From a candidate division FCPU426 bacterium (lineage in GTDB: Bacteria; Oederibacteriota; JAAXVQ01; JAUVAV01), in assembly GCA_030637655.1 (NCBI GenBank), contig DAOWGI010000005.1:4766-68765 (forward strand): a stretch of 64,000 bases of DNA, read 5' to 3'. Shown here in pieces: positions 48,961 through 57,801 of this stretch. Made by a program: the position numbers and the translations under genes. Positions within the stretch are counted from its first letter, which is position 1. Each line of letters starts with the position of its first letter. A model generated the notes under the pieces. The model was not told the origin of the DNA. It saw only the letters and a list, made by a program, of their open reading frames with translations, and searched no databases.

Positions 48961-49870
48961 TTTTTGGAATTTCTTCCAGCAAAGCTTTAGAATCCAGCCA
49001 AGTGACGCGTTTTTCAGCCCGAAACCAGGTCATTTGACGCTTAATATAACGTCGGGTATCCCTTTTGATCAACTCGACAGCCCGCTGGTAGGAATACTCA
49101 CCTTGTATGTTTTTCACTAAATGCGAATAACCAATAGCCTGCATGGCAGGCGCTTTGGCAGACACACCACTGTGCAGCAGTGCTTTGACTTCCTCCAGCC
49201 AACCCTTGTTCAGCCAATGATCAATACGTTGTTCTGCCAAATAATACATTTCTTCCCGCGGACGTGCCAGACCAAACCATTTTGCCGGAATCGCAGGTCT
49301 TGCTGGTTTTCGTCTTCTGAGTTCCGAAGCTTTTTTGCCGGTTAAAAGCCTTATTTCCAAAGCCCGGACCACACGTATACGATCAGCAGGATAGAGGGTA
49401 GCGGCTGTTTCCGGATCAAGACTTTTCAGTTGTTCAAACAGTCTTTTATTACCCTCGCTTTCGGCCCTTTGCTTTAATTGTTGACGTAAATCCGGGTCTG
49501 CCGGCGGAACCGGTGCTAAGCCATCTAAAAAAGAACGGATCCACAGTCCGGTGCCACCTACCAGAAAACAGGTTTTGATTTTAGTTTTTATTTGCAGGTA
49601 GGCAAGATCCGCCATATGGGTAAAATCTTCTGCTGTGACAGTCTGCTCAGGTTCTGCCACAGAAACCAGATGATGTTTTACTTGTCGAACCTGTTCGCAT
49701 GTGGGTTTACCTGTGCCAATATCCAGTTTTTTATAGATTTGACGTGAATCCGCGGAAATGATTTCACCGTTTAAGTGCTGAGCCAATTGAATTGCCAAAT
49801 TTGTTTTACCGGATGCAGTGGGTCCGACAATCGTGATAATGGGTAGATCAATTGCCGGTTGAGCGCTCAT
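48935..49870 (-). CDS. miaA: tRNA dimethylallyltransferase
   Basis: P-loop GPTASGKT, DSRQIYK motif. Confidence 0.9.
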   Translation of the reverse strand: MSAQPAIDLPIITIVGPTASGKTNLAIQLAQHLNGEIISADSRQIYKKLDIGTGKPTCEQVRQVKHHLVSVAEPEQTVTAEDFTHMADLAYLQIKTKIKTCFLVGGTGLWIRSFLDGLAPVPPADPDLRQQLKQRAESEGNKRLFEQLKSLDPETAATLYPADRIRVVRALEIRLLTGKKASELRRRKPARPAIPAKWFGLARPREEMYYLAEQRIDHWLNKGWLEEVKALLHSGVSAKAPAMQAIGYSHLVKNIQGEYSYQRAVELIKRDTRRYIKRQMTWFRAEKRVTWLDSKALLEEIPKIIPLPKRI

Positions 49871-51655
49871 TTAACCGGCATAATTCCGTTTGAATATTTT
49901 ATCCAGCTCATCCCAGGAAAGGCGAAAAATATAAGGTCTTCCGTGCGGACAGGTCGGCAATCCTTTCAGGGCTCGCATTTGTTTGATGAGTGCCAGCATG
50001 CTTTCCGGTTGCAGGCGTTCTCCGGCTTTCACAGCTGCTTTGCAGGCCATGCTCTGCAAAATTTTTTCTCTAAACTTGTTTTTATCCATCAGCTTACCGG
50101 TCTCAGCCAGCCACTCAATAACCTCATTGACAATGGCAATCAAATCTCCCTGCGGAAATTGATCCGGTTGGGTTTGAATGGTAAAAGTATTGCCGCCCAA
50201 AGGTGATATTTCCAAACCCATCTCAGAAAACAGTTCCCTTGCCTCAGTGAGCAATCCGGTTTGCGAAGGCTTAAGTTCAAACGTTAAAGGCAGCAATAAA
50301 TTTTGCCGGGGCAAGTCCCGTGGCCATTGCAAAAAGGATTCATAAAGAATTCTTTCGTGAACAGCATGTTGATCCACCAGGAAAAAGCCTTGTTCATCTT
50401 GCACGGCAATATAGGTCCGGCCGACCTGACCAATGACACGCAATGCAACTTCCGCGGATGGTTCTTCCCCGATAGGGGCGCGATTAATCGCGCCCCTACC
50501 ATCTATATATGTAGCAATCGATTCTTTCACCCGGTCTTGGGACCAACCCATTGGCAAGGATTGCGGAGAATAAGTAGGGGCGCGATTAATCGCGCCCCTA
50601 CTTGGTTTTTCCTTAGATGTTGAAATATGCAATAAACTCGAGGGTTTACTGCCGGTCAGATCTCCTTGCTGCAGCACATTTTGGATAGTGGTATAAACCA
50701 AATTGTGAATACCATGTTCATCACGCAAACGCACTTCTCTTTTAGCAGGATGCACATTAACATCAACCAGATGATTAGGCATGGTGAAGAACAAATAGCA
50801 GATCGGAAAACGGCCTTCCGGTATTAGTGTCCTATAGGCTTGAATCACAGCATGCGCGATACCACGATGTTCAACCGGGCGTTGATTGATGAAAAAGCGC
50901 ATGCCGAGCCTGGTATTGCGATGATCAGAGGGATTCGCAATTCGTCCTCGAATCCAAATCCCGCCTGCTTCCCTCTCCACTGGCAGCATATTTTGCGGTA
51001 AAGCACTTCCATACAGTGTTGCCAAGCGGTCGGATAATATTTTAGTAGGCGGACAATTAAAAAGTTCACGCCGGTCTACAATCAGTTTAAAACCAACACG
51101 TTTGTGCGCAATAGCGGCCAACTCTACGACTTGTACAATATGGGATTGTTCAGTGGAATGAGTTTTCATAAATTTGCGGCGGGCCGGAGTATTAAAAAAG
51201 AGATCTTCAACAACAATCGTAGTTCCGGCCGCGCAACCGGTTTCGCCTTTTGACGTGATCTTGCCGCCGGAGAGTTTCATGCGAAATCCCACCGATTTTT
51301 TTTCCGGCCGCGTTAAAATTTCCACCTGGGAGACCGCGGCAATGGATGGCAGGGCTTCCCCGCGAAAACCCAAAGTGTCAATATTTTCCAAATCTTCCGC
51401 TTTACTGATTTTACTGGTCGCGTGCCGGGAAAACGCCAATTGGGCATCCTCCACATTCATACCCTGGCCATCGTCAGTCACGCGTATACTTTGGAAACCG
51501 GCACTTTTAATTTCCACTTCAATTCTGGTCGCCTTGGCATCCAGGGCGTTTTCAAGCAACTCTTTAACCACCGCAGCCGGACGTTCCACCACCTCGCCGG
51601 CGGCAATCAGATTGGCAACCTGATCCGATAATATTTTAATATGTGTATTGGTCAT
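49871..51655 (-). CDS. mutL: DNA mismatch repair protein MutL (with two in-frame REP insertions in linker)
   Basis: GHKL ATPase motifs (ELLENALDA, DDGQGM, GFRGEAL) and C-terminal dimerisation domain; linker contains 2x RGAINRAP encoded by REPs. Confidence 0.9.
   Translation of the reverse strand: MTNTHIKILSDQVANLIAAGEVVERPAAVVKELLENALDAKATRIEVEIKSAGFQSIRVTDDGQGMNVEDAQLAFSRHATSKISKAEDLENIDTLGFRGEALPSIAAVSQVEILTRPEKKSVGFRMKLSGGKITSKGETGCAAGTTIVVEDLFFNTPARRKFMKTHSTEQSHIVQVVELAAIAHKRVGFKLIVDRRELFNCPPTKILSDRLATLYGSALPQNMLPVEREAGGIWIRGRIANPSDHRNTRLGMRFFINQRPVEHRGIAHAVIQAYRTLIPEGRFPICYLFFTMPNHLVDVNVHPAKREVRLRDEHGIHNLVYTTIQNVLQQGDLTGSKPSSLLHISTSKEKPSRGAINRAPTYSPQSLPMGWSQDRVKESIATYIDGRGAINRAPIGEEPSAEVALRVIGQVGRTYIAVQDEQGFFLVDQHAVHERILYESFLQWPRDLPRQNLLLPLTFELKPSQTGLLTEARELFSEMGLEISPLGGNTFTIQTQPDQFPQGDLIAIVNEVIEWLAETGKLMDKNKFREKILQSMACKAAVKAGERLQPESMLALIKQMRALKGLPTCPHGRPYIFRLSWDELDKIFKRNYAG
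50470..50498. repeat. REP-like palindrome (ataggggcgcgattaatcgcgcccctac) inside mutL
   Basis: perfect palindrome; in-frame. Confidence 0.7.
50574..50601. repeat. REP-like palindrome (gtaggggcgcgattaatcgcgcccctac) inside mutL
   Basis: perfect palindrome; in-frame. Confidence 0.7.
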
Positions 51656-51672
51656 AATGTCGTGTCCTTATC

Positions 51673-51700
51673 GTAGAGACGCCCAATTTGGGCGTCTCTC
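51673..51700. repeat. REP-like palindrome gtagagacgcccaatttgggcgtctctc
   Basis: same stem family, loop ccaatttgg. Confidence 0.65.
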
Positions 51701-51782
51701 TTGATTTTCATGGTATTTTTATACCTTGTTTTTGGGATTGTGTCAATTTATGGGTGAATTGATAATGATTGATAATGATATT

Positions 51783-51811
51783 GTAGAGACGCCCAATTTG
51801 GGCGTCTCTAC
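51783..51811. repeat. REP-like palindrome gtagagacgcccaatttgggcgtctctac
   Basis: second copy 110 bp downstream. Confidence 0.65.
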
Positions 51812-52121
51812 GTTTGGTGTCCTCACGTTTTTTTCGTCCCCCATCCCCGCGCCTCCTATGTTTTTTATTCAATTGGTATGACAGGAAAAAGAGGATTTTC
51901 TTGCAGGTTATTTTTAATTATCAGGATTGGGTTTTGAGGGAATATTATCTAGAGTCATGATTCATGAGCGTCCCGGAACATGCATTTGCTCCATTTATTG
52001 CCTTCTATCAACTTCCCATACATTGGCTGTTGAACTAGTGAAAAAGCGAACATTGATACTTCCAGGCCCGGAATTTTCGCGTTGAAATTGTTCATATAAA
52101 AAACCTCTTTCATAGTTTACT

Positions 52122-52499
52122 TTATTTCAAATAAACCATGGCCTCCATCTCAATCCGGCAGCTAGCTGGCAAGGCAGCTACCTGCACTACTGCCCGGGCA
52201 GGATACGGTGCCAAGAAAAATTCCTGGTATATTTTATTCATGTCCTGAAACTCTTTGAGATCAGTCATGTAAACCGTGACTTTTGCTGCCTGGGATTTCT
52301 GCGCCTGGCTGGCAATTAGTATTGCTTCCAGGTTACGGAATACCTGCTGGGTCTGTTCAACAATTCCCGGACCAACCAATTTAGCAGTAGTTGAATCCAA
52401 TGGAATCTGGCCGGAAATAAACATCCACTCCCCGGCTTTTACTGCCTGGGAATAGGGCCCAATGGGCTGCGGCGCTTGATTAGTTAAAATAGGTATCAT
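52122..52499 (-). CDS. ridA: RidA/YjgF family enamine-imine deaminase
   Basis: 125 aa; conserved YjgF fold motifs (PARAVVQVAALP...). Confidence 0.8.
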   Translation of the reverse strand: MIPILTNQAPQPIGPYSQAVKAGEWMFISGQIPLDSTTAKLVGPGIVEQTQQVFRNLEAILIASQAQKSQAAKVTVYMTDLKEFQDMNKIYQEFFLAPYPARAVVQVAALPASCRIEMEAMVYLK

Positions 52500-52511
52500 C
52501 TCTCCACCTCT

Positions 52512-53423
52512 TTAAAAATCATCTGGTAATTTAAATACTGTTTCTTTTATTGAAAAATCAACTGAAATATCTTCATCTGGATTTTGTGGTATGTAACTGA
52601 AATATATTTGTTCGGGTCTGAATCTATAATTCCGTTCCTCATTTCCTCTCACATTCACACTAAGTTGATCTGAAATCTTCGCATCTACAATTTCAAAAAG
52701 CTTGCATAGCAACGATTCATCTTCGTTGGACTTTTTCTTATTTAGAGCATCCACAACTTTTATTCTTTTTGAACTGTCCCTATAATGAAAACAGCCATTT
52801 CTAATCAGGTTATTGGCACGTCCAAATAATCTTCCGACCATCTTTTGCATTTTCTTTTTATCCATCCTGGGATAGCTTTTAATTTTATCTTTGCATTTAT
52901 CACATAATTTTATTTTTTTACACTCATCACAAAGTATCTCTTTTTGATCTTTTCCAACAATCCTTTCACACTCTAACCATAAATTCCTGAAAGCATCTAC
53001 CGAGGTAGTTGAATTATTCGCTAACCACAGGTAAAACAATTCTTCCTTTTTTTGACCCCATGTTTTTTCAATATCTGAAATATTTGTTAAAAAGATATAA
53101 CGAGGATTTTTCGAATAACTCATTTCAATACCATGACGCATAGCTTTCCCTGGCTCGCTCTTTATTATGAACCGGATCGCTTTTATTTGAATAGGAAAAG
53201 ATAATATAAACGAAACAGATTGCAGCCAATCTAACAGGTCGCCATCAATTATTTTTTGTGTTTCATCACTAGACTTGGCTTCAAAATCAAGATAAATTTG
53301 CAATACTCCATTTTGATTGTTTTGATTAGGTATTGTAATTATTACATTTCCATTTTTAAATATATGCTCAAAATTTGTTTTTAATCTCGTTTCTAAGTCA
53401 ACCACAATTCTGTATTTATTCAT
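52512..53423 (-). CDS. Abi-like protein with putative HEPN (R-x4-H) motif and zinc ribbon
   Basis: 303 aa, AT-rich codon usage; CDECKKIKLCDKCKDK (2x CxxC) and LIRNGCFHY (R-x4-H); lies downstream of AbiE pair. Confidence 0.35.
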   Translation of the reverse strand: MNKYRIVVDLETRLKTNFEHIFKNGNVIITIPNQNNQNGVLQIYLDFEAKSSDETQKIIDGDLLDWLQSVSFILSFPIQIKAIRFIIKSEPGKAMRHGIEMSYSKNPRYIFLTNISDIEKTWGQKKEELFYLWLANNSTTSVDAFRNLWLECERIVGKDQKEILCDECKKIKLCDKCKDKIKSYPRMDKKKMQKMVGRLFGRANNLIRNGCFHYRDSSKRIKVVDALNKKKSNEDESLLCKLFEIVDAKISDQLSVNVRGNEERNYRFRPEQIYFSYIPQNPDEDISVDFSIKETVFKLPDDF

Positions 53424-53532
53424 ACATCACCATTTTTAATTTGTCATTGCCTGTGCCCTCTGGGTACGAGGTGCATTTTACCGAAGCAATCTCAAAAACG
53501 AAAAATAGATGGCTTCTGCGCTGCACACAACA

Positions 53533-54450
53533 TCAACTCCAAGGACCACTCTTGGCCCAGCTCGTTGGGGTAGGACCAGGGCCGACAGCCGCCTTCATAG
53601 GAAGTAGCAGGAAGTCCCTGAGACGCGAAAGCAGTTCCAGAAATTCAGGCACACCTTCTTCGAGACCGCTCCTGCGAACGAATGCTCTCCACTGGACCGA
53701 TTTCACTTCGTCGCTGCTGAACTCATCCGTCAGGACCAACGGCGGCTCGCTTGGGATGTTGGTCTTGCGTCTCTTGAAGGTCGCTTGTATTGCCCGGACA
53801 AGGATATTGCCGTCGAAGGCGAAGTCCCGCGCCAGCACGTAAAGATCGTAGAAATCCTTCATTCGGCTGTTTGCAATACCCAACATGACCATGGCCTGAA
53901 ATTTCTCGGCAACTACTGTTTCACGCGGGCAGGCCCGAATGCTTGGGACCGGGAAATCCAGAAGCGTGGGATAGCTGATCTTCTTGGCCTTGGGTGTGAC
54001 TACGTCACCAAATCCCACATCGACCTGGATGGGAATTCGAGCCTTGCCAAGGAGTGCCGTTAGCGTGACGCGCTGTCCCGGGTATTCCTGTTCTTCACGG
54101 ATGGGCATGGCATTCACGGTGTTGATATCGAATATCAGGCCGTCAGGTTCGACATCAATACCGCACAGGCTGCGGAATACTTCCGTAAGCCGCTCACTGG
54201 AATTGTCACCATAGCCAAGAAAGTCCATGTCCATTGTTGGCCTGTATGACTGTCCCGTCCAAACCATGAACAGCATGGCTCCCTTGAGTATGAAATCCCC
54301 GGCATACGAAGAGACGGAAAGGCGGTAGAGGAGCCTTTCCGTCGCATAACGCGTCCAAACAAAGTTCGGGTCGTCTCCGGTTTCGCGGATTATGTTGAGA
54401 AGCCGCTGGCGAACAGATGCCGCGACGTTCGATGGCTTGTCCTTGGTCAT
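53533..54450 (-). CDS. abiEii: AbiEii/AbiGii-family nucleotidyltransferase toxin (DUF1814)
   Basis: N-terminal SVRQRLLNIIRETGDDPNFVWTRYATERLLYRLS... canonical; GC-rich relative to flanks. Confidence 0.8.
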   Translation of the reverse strand: MTKDKPSNVAASVRQRLLNIIRETGDDPNFVWTRYATERLLYRLSVSSYAGDFILKGAMLFMVWTGQSYRPTMDMDFLGYGDNSSERLTEVFRSLCGIDVEPDGLIFDINTVNAMPIREEQEYPGQRVTLTALLGKARIPIQVDVGFGDVVTPKAKKISYPTLLDFPVPSIRACPRETVVAEKFQAMVMLGIANSRMKDFYDLYVLARDFAFDGNILVRAIQATFKRRKTNIPSEPPLVLTDEFSSDEVKSVQWRAFVRRSGLEEGVPEFLELLSRLRDFLLLPMKAAVGPGPTPTSWAKSGPWS

Positions 54451-55073
54451 ACGATTGCTTCCATGTACGGACGCATGGTCTTGGTCACCCGGCAGATCTT
54501 AGCATACTTCCATAGCTCATCAGTCGAGCGCTTTCGGCCACGCAAAAATTCTCTGAGCGCTTCGAGCGCAACGTCAAGCCCGATCTTGTTCCTGTACTTG
54601 AAGCAGTCTGCCACGGTCTTGGCGGGGTTGTAGATTCTGACCTGTACGCCTTCAATAGTGTGCTCATCGATACCGTCGGTAAGTGCCTTACCAGAGAAAC
54701 GAACAATCCGTGTTTTGGGGTGCCTCGCTCGCGGACGCGCGGCCCTCCGGTTGAGAGCCATCCAGACTTTGTGAGGAGCCTGTGTTCCGATTTCGTGGAA
54801 ACGAAGGGCGGAGAGCAAGCATATTACCCCCTTGGGAACAGCCTTTACCGCCTGCGCTAGTCCGTGGTAAGCTGTTACATCGGCATCCGGCAGACTATAC
54901 AGCCCACGACCATCGCGCACGAGTTTTCCTTTAGCGCACATCTGCCGCAGGTACTCATGGTGAATCCCGTGTGAACGCACCTCGGCTGTGCTCAAAACAC
55001 CTGTATTGCGAGCGAGTTCCAGTATCTGCCCTGTCTTTCCGCCGCTTTTTTTCATATGCGTAATTATATTCAT
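54447..55073 (-). CDS. abiEi: AbiEi-family antitoxin / transcriptional regulator
   Basis: ~200 aa wHTH + C-terminal domain; 4-bp overlap with abiEii. Confidence 0.7.
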   Translation of the reverse strand: MNIITHMKKSGGKTGQILELARNTGVLSTAEVRSHGIHHEYLRQMCAKGKLVRDGRGLYSLPDADVTAYHGLAQAVKAVPKGVICLLSALRFHEIGTQAPHKVWMALNRRAARPRARHPKTRIVRFSGKALTDGIDEHTIEGVQVRIYNPAKTVADCFKYRNKIGLDVALEALREFLRGRKRSTDELWKYAKICRVTKTMRPYMEAIV

Positions 55074-55160
55074 TTTCTAATAAATGTCAATAGTTTAGCA
55101 AAAAGAAATTCGGTGGTGCTGGAGCATTCACTTTGCGTAACTATTCACACTTTTCCGGCC

Positions 55161-55583
55161 CTAAAATGTTGCACTTCTGCTTACAATTCGCCCTTCATCC
55201 AGTTTGGCGATATGCTTTTCAAATTCAAAATGATCAATGATTTCACGAGCGCGTTTGGAAAAACTCTTAATATAATGGCTGAGATTTTTTGTAATATTGG
55301 CAGGCTCACCCTTTAATTTATCAAATGTGAATTTGCTAATGTTATGGAATGATTGACTAGCAACCCGGTTTAAAACCGGTTCAAGATTCTTTACTTTACT
55401 GCTCTTGATGCTTTGGTATTTGGCCAGCACCTTTTCTTTGGTAGGTTCCAACACACAATCCAAACGCCTTAAAACCGTCATTGGCAGTATAACATCTTTG
55501 TATTTTGGTTCGGTCGGTAGGGACCCACGTAATAAATCCTCTACCTGCCATATAAAACTAACTTTTTCGTTAAAATTGTTCAT
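55161..55583 (-). pseudogene. N-terminal fragment of type I restriction-modification N6-adenine methyltransferase (HsdM N-domain)
   Basis: SFIWQVEDLLRG...YKDVILPMTVLRRLD matches HsdM_N; ORF stops after 140 aa, methylase catalytic domain absent. Confidence 0.55.
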
Positions 55584-55587
55584 TAAG

Positions 55588-55615
55588 GTAGGGAACAGGC
55601 ATGCCTGTTCCCTAC
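55588..55615. repeat. REP-like palindrome gtagggaacaggcatgcctgttccctac
   Basis: perfect palindrome with GTAG/CTAC ends. Confidence 0.6.
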
Positions 55616-55699
55616 GGTCTATTCAAATTTGAGACAGCCAGACGGTCACGGATGATGTCGTTTTATACGCGCCAATTATTTGCGGTATCGGTTTTATCT

Positions 55700-55727
55700 G
55701 TAGGGAACGGTCGCGACCGTTCCCTAC
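55700..55727. repeat. REP-like palindrome gtagggaacggtcgcgaccgttccctac
   Basis: same stem as 55588 copy, different loop. Confidence 0.6.
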
Positions 55728-55837
55728 GAAACAATGATCATCCCCGACAATTCGCACGACACCGCTTATTTTGGTTGCTAGAGATTATAAAAGAGCGGCG
55801 CGGCGCGATTAATCACGCCCCTATAATTAAATATGTT

Positions 55838-56596
55838 TTACCATGTTGTTCGAAATAAAAGTCCGGCGCCTCCCGGCAACCAGGCTACGGACCATTCACA
55901 ATCTTCGGATTCAACCAAATATCCCTCATCACCACTGATATAAATACTGTTTTCCAAGTAATAAGTTAATACCGTAGCTGCGGACCAGGCCACGAATAAA
56001 CCACCGGCTTCCCACCAATCACTATTGATGGCTTGGCCCACACCAGGAACCATAGAGGCCATTCCAGTCCACAAAGCAGCCGTTCGATCACGCTGTTCGC
56101 GATAACTGCAATTGGTAGCATGCAGCATGGCATAGGTCATAATACCATTTCTTAAAACCAAGGCAGAATAATAAAACGGCAGCAGAGATTGATTCTCAGG
56201 TTGTCGTTTACGGGTAAATTCCAGTTGACCGACAGTTCCCCAGGACATCCCGGCAACAAACAAAAGCAACCCCCCTTGCAGATAATCCTCATTGATCATT
56301 TGTCCTACCCCGGGAAGCAGCGAGGAGGTCCCGATCCAAAACGCATCATTTTCCTTCTCACCGCGCTCCACAGCGGTTATTATGGCTTCCAAGGTCGCAT
56401 AGCGTTTCAGGAGAAAGATGCTGCTTTCGTGCAATTCCCGCAGATTACTCAATTGCATAAACAAAAAGGACTCATGTTGTTGATTTTTCATCCCAGGATA
56501 CGCAGGTTGATAAGTTTGTTCGGAATTTTGTGCCTTGACCAGATTGGTACTTAGCAAACTAATCATCAGGATTGATCCTACAAGTCTTAATCGCAT
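55838..56596 (-). CDS. hypothetical secreted protein with two GVGQ-containing repeats
   Basis: Start at ATG 56596 (AGGAGCA RBS, signal peptide MRLRLVGSILMISLLSTNLVKA); ORF-track N-extension overlaps MBL gene and is rejected. Confidence 0.4.
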   Translation of the reverse strand: MRLRLVGSILMISLLSTNLVKAQNSEQTYQPAYPGMKNQQHESFLFMQLSNLRELHESSIFLLKRYATLEAIITAVERGEKENDAFWIGTSSLLPGVGQMINEDYLQGGLLLFVAGMSWGTVGQLEFTRKRQPENQSLLPFYYSALVLRNGIMTYAMLHATNCSYREQRDRTAALWTGMASMVPGVGQAINSDWWEAGGLFVAWSAATVLTYYLENSIYISGDEGYLVESEDCEWSVAWLPGGAGLLFRTTW

Positions 56597-56606
56597 GATA
56601 TGCTCC

Positions 56607-57260
56607 TTAAAAAATAATTTCCTTCCGCAAAAACGGGTTTTGTCGCTTTTCATTTCCGATGCTCGTTTGGGGGCCATGCCCGGGAAATACCAATGTTTCC
56701 TCTGGCAGGGATAATAACTGTTTATGAATGCTGTGTAATATCGTCCGTATGTTCCCCCCCGGTATATCAGTTCTTCCAATGGATTCGCGAAACAAAGTGT
56801 CGCCGGAAAAAAGAAAGGATTCAATTCGAATACAAACAGATCCTGGAGAGTGGCCCGGAGTCTCAATAACTTCTACCGGCTCTCCTCCCAGCTGCAGCTC
56901 AAATCCCTGTTCCAGTACTTGATTCGCGTCCGGCGAGGTAATTTTTGTTCCAAACGTTTGTGAAAAATTCAAAGCCGGATCCAGTAACATCGGACGATCT
57001 TTACCATGAATAAACAATGGCGCCTGGGTCGCTTCCTGGAAAAATCTGTTACCGGCAATATGATCCGCATGACCATGCGTGTTTATTATGGCTTTTATTT
57101 CAAGGTCTTCCGATTGGATGGTTTGCAGGAGTCCCAGATCCGGAGCGCCCGGATCAATGATAATGGCATGTTTGGAATCGATCTCCCGGAAAAGATAGCA
57201 ATTGGTTTCCAACCAACCCATTGGAAATACGCGAAGGATAAAACGATCCTGTTTAGGCAT
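56607..57260 (-). CDS. MBL-fold metallo-hydrolase (glyoxalase II-like)
   Basis: HGHADH motif and downstream His/Asp ligands. Confidence 0.75.
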   Translation of the reverse strand: MPKQDRFILRVFPMGWLETNCYLFREIDSKHAIIIDPGAPDLGLLQTIQSEDLEIKAIINTHGHADHIAGNRFFQEATQAPLFIHGKDRPMLLDPALNFSQTFGTKITSPDANQVLEQGFELQLGGEPVEVIETPGHSPGSVCIRIESFLFSGDTLFRESIGRTDIPGGNIRTILHSIHKQLLSLPEETLVFPGHGPQTSIGNEKRQNPFLRKEIIF

Positions 57261-57263
57261 GGA

Positions 57264-57617
57264 TTAGTAATCCCGAATAGCAGCATCAACCGTAACAAAG
57301 GCTTGCAAAACATTGTAAAATTCTAAAAGTTTAAACACATCTTCCACTTCCGGAATCATGGCTGCCAATTTCAAATCACCGCCATTCTGGCGCAGTTCCC
57401 TGAGTTCGCCGATGAAAATACCCCAGCCGGCACTACTGATGTAATCCACCTTTTCCAGATCAACGACCACTTTATAATGTTTATTCGTAAGCATATTTTC
57501 CAGAGTCCTGCTCAAATGACGCGAGGCATTCGTATCCACCAAACCTGCCACATGAATGACTGCTATATCCAAATTTGGACCGACCATGTCCACATGTATA
57601 GTCACATTGTCTTTCAT
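57264..57617 (-). CDS. STAS-domain anti-sigma-factor antagonist (SpoIIAA-like)
   Basis: VDLEKVDYISSAGWGIF conserved phosphorylatable Ser region; ATG 57617 with AGGAGG at -6 preferred over TTG 57623. Confidence 0.7.
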   Translation of the reverse strand: MKDNVTIHVDMVGPNLDIAVIHVAGLVDTNASRHLSRTLENMLTNKHYKVVVDLEKVDYISSAGWGIFIGELRELRQNGGDLKLAAMIPEVEDVFKLLEFYNVLQAFVTVDAAIRDY

Positions 57618-57628
57618 AAGCAACCTCC

Positions 57629-57790
57629 TAACCCGGACAAGCCGGAACCAAAAATATTTGACAGGATTAACCGGATATACGGGATTTTAAATAAATCCTG
57701 TCAATTCTGTCAAAAGAAATTATTTGCGTGCTGATCGGCGAATAATTTTCTGCCATAAAAAGCACGAATTTGAGAAATAAGTTACTAATA
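57629..57790 (+). repeat. family E repeat, uninterrupted copy
   Basis: aligns with rc of 41100..40778 minus the 140-nt GC-rich insert; contains TTGACAGGATTAAC...TTTTAAAT promoter-like segment. Confidence 0.6.
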
Positions 57791-57801
57791 GCAATATTCT
57801 A

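Noticed and set aside
51673-51811. Possible mini CRISPR array (two identical-stem repeats about 110 bp apart)
   Set aside because: Only two units are present. The units are perfect palindromes of the GTAG...CTAC REP family found at many other loci. The spacing is too long, and there is no leader or cas gene.
55601-55858. 85-aa plus-strand ORF encoding RGAINHAP
   Set aside because: The peptide is simply the translation of a degenerate REP in intergenic DNA. There is no RBS.
56597-56866. N-terminal 90-aa extension of ORF 55838..56866
   Set aside because: It overlaps the MBL hydrolase gene. An internal ATG at 56596 has an AGGAGCA RBS and a signal peptide immediately downstream.
57621-57623. 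TTG start for the STAS gene as given in the ORF track
   Set aside because: ATG two codons downstream (57617) sits 6 nt after a perfect AGGAGG, so it is the more likely start.
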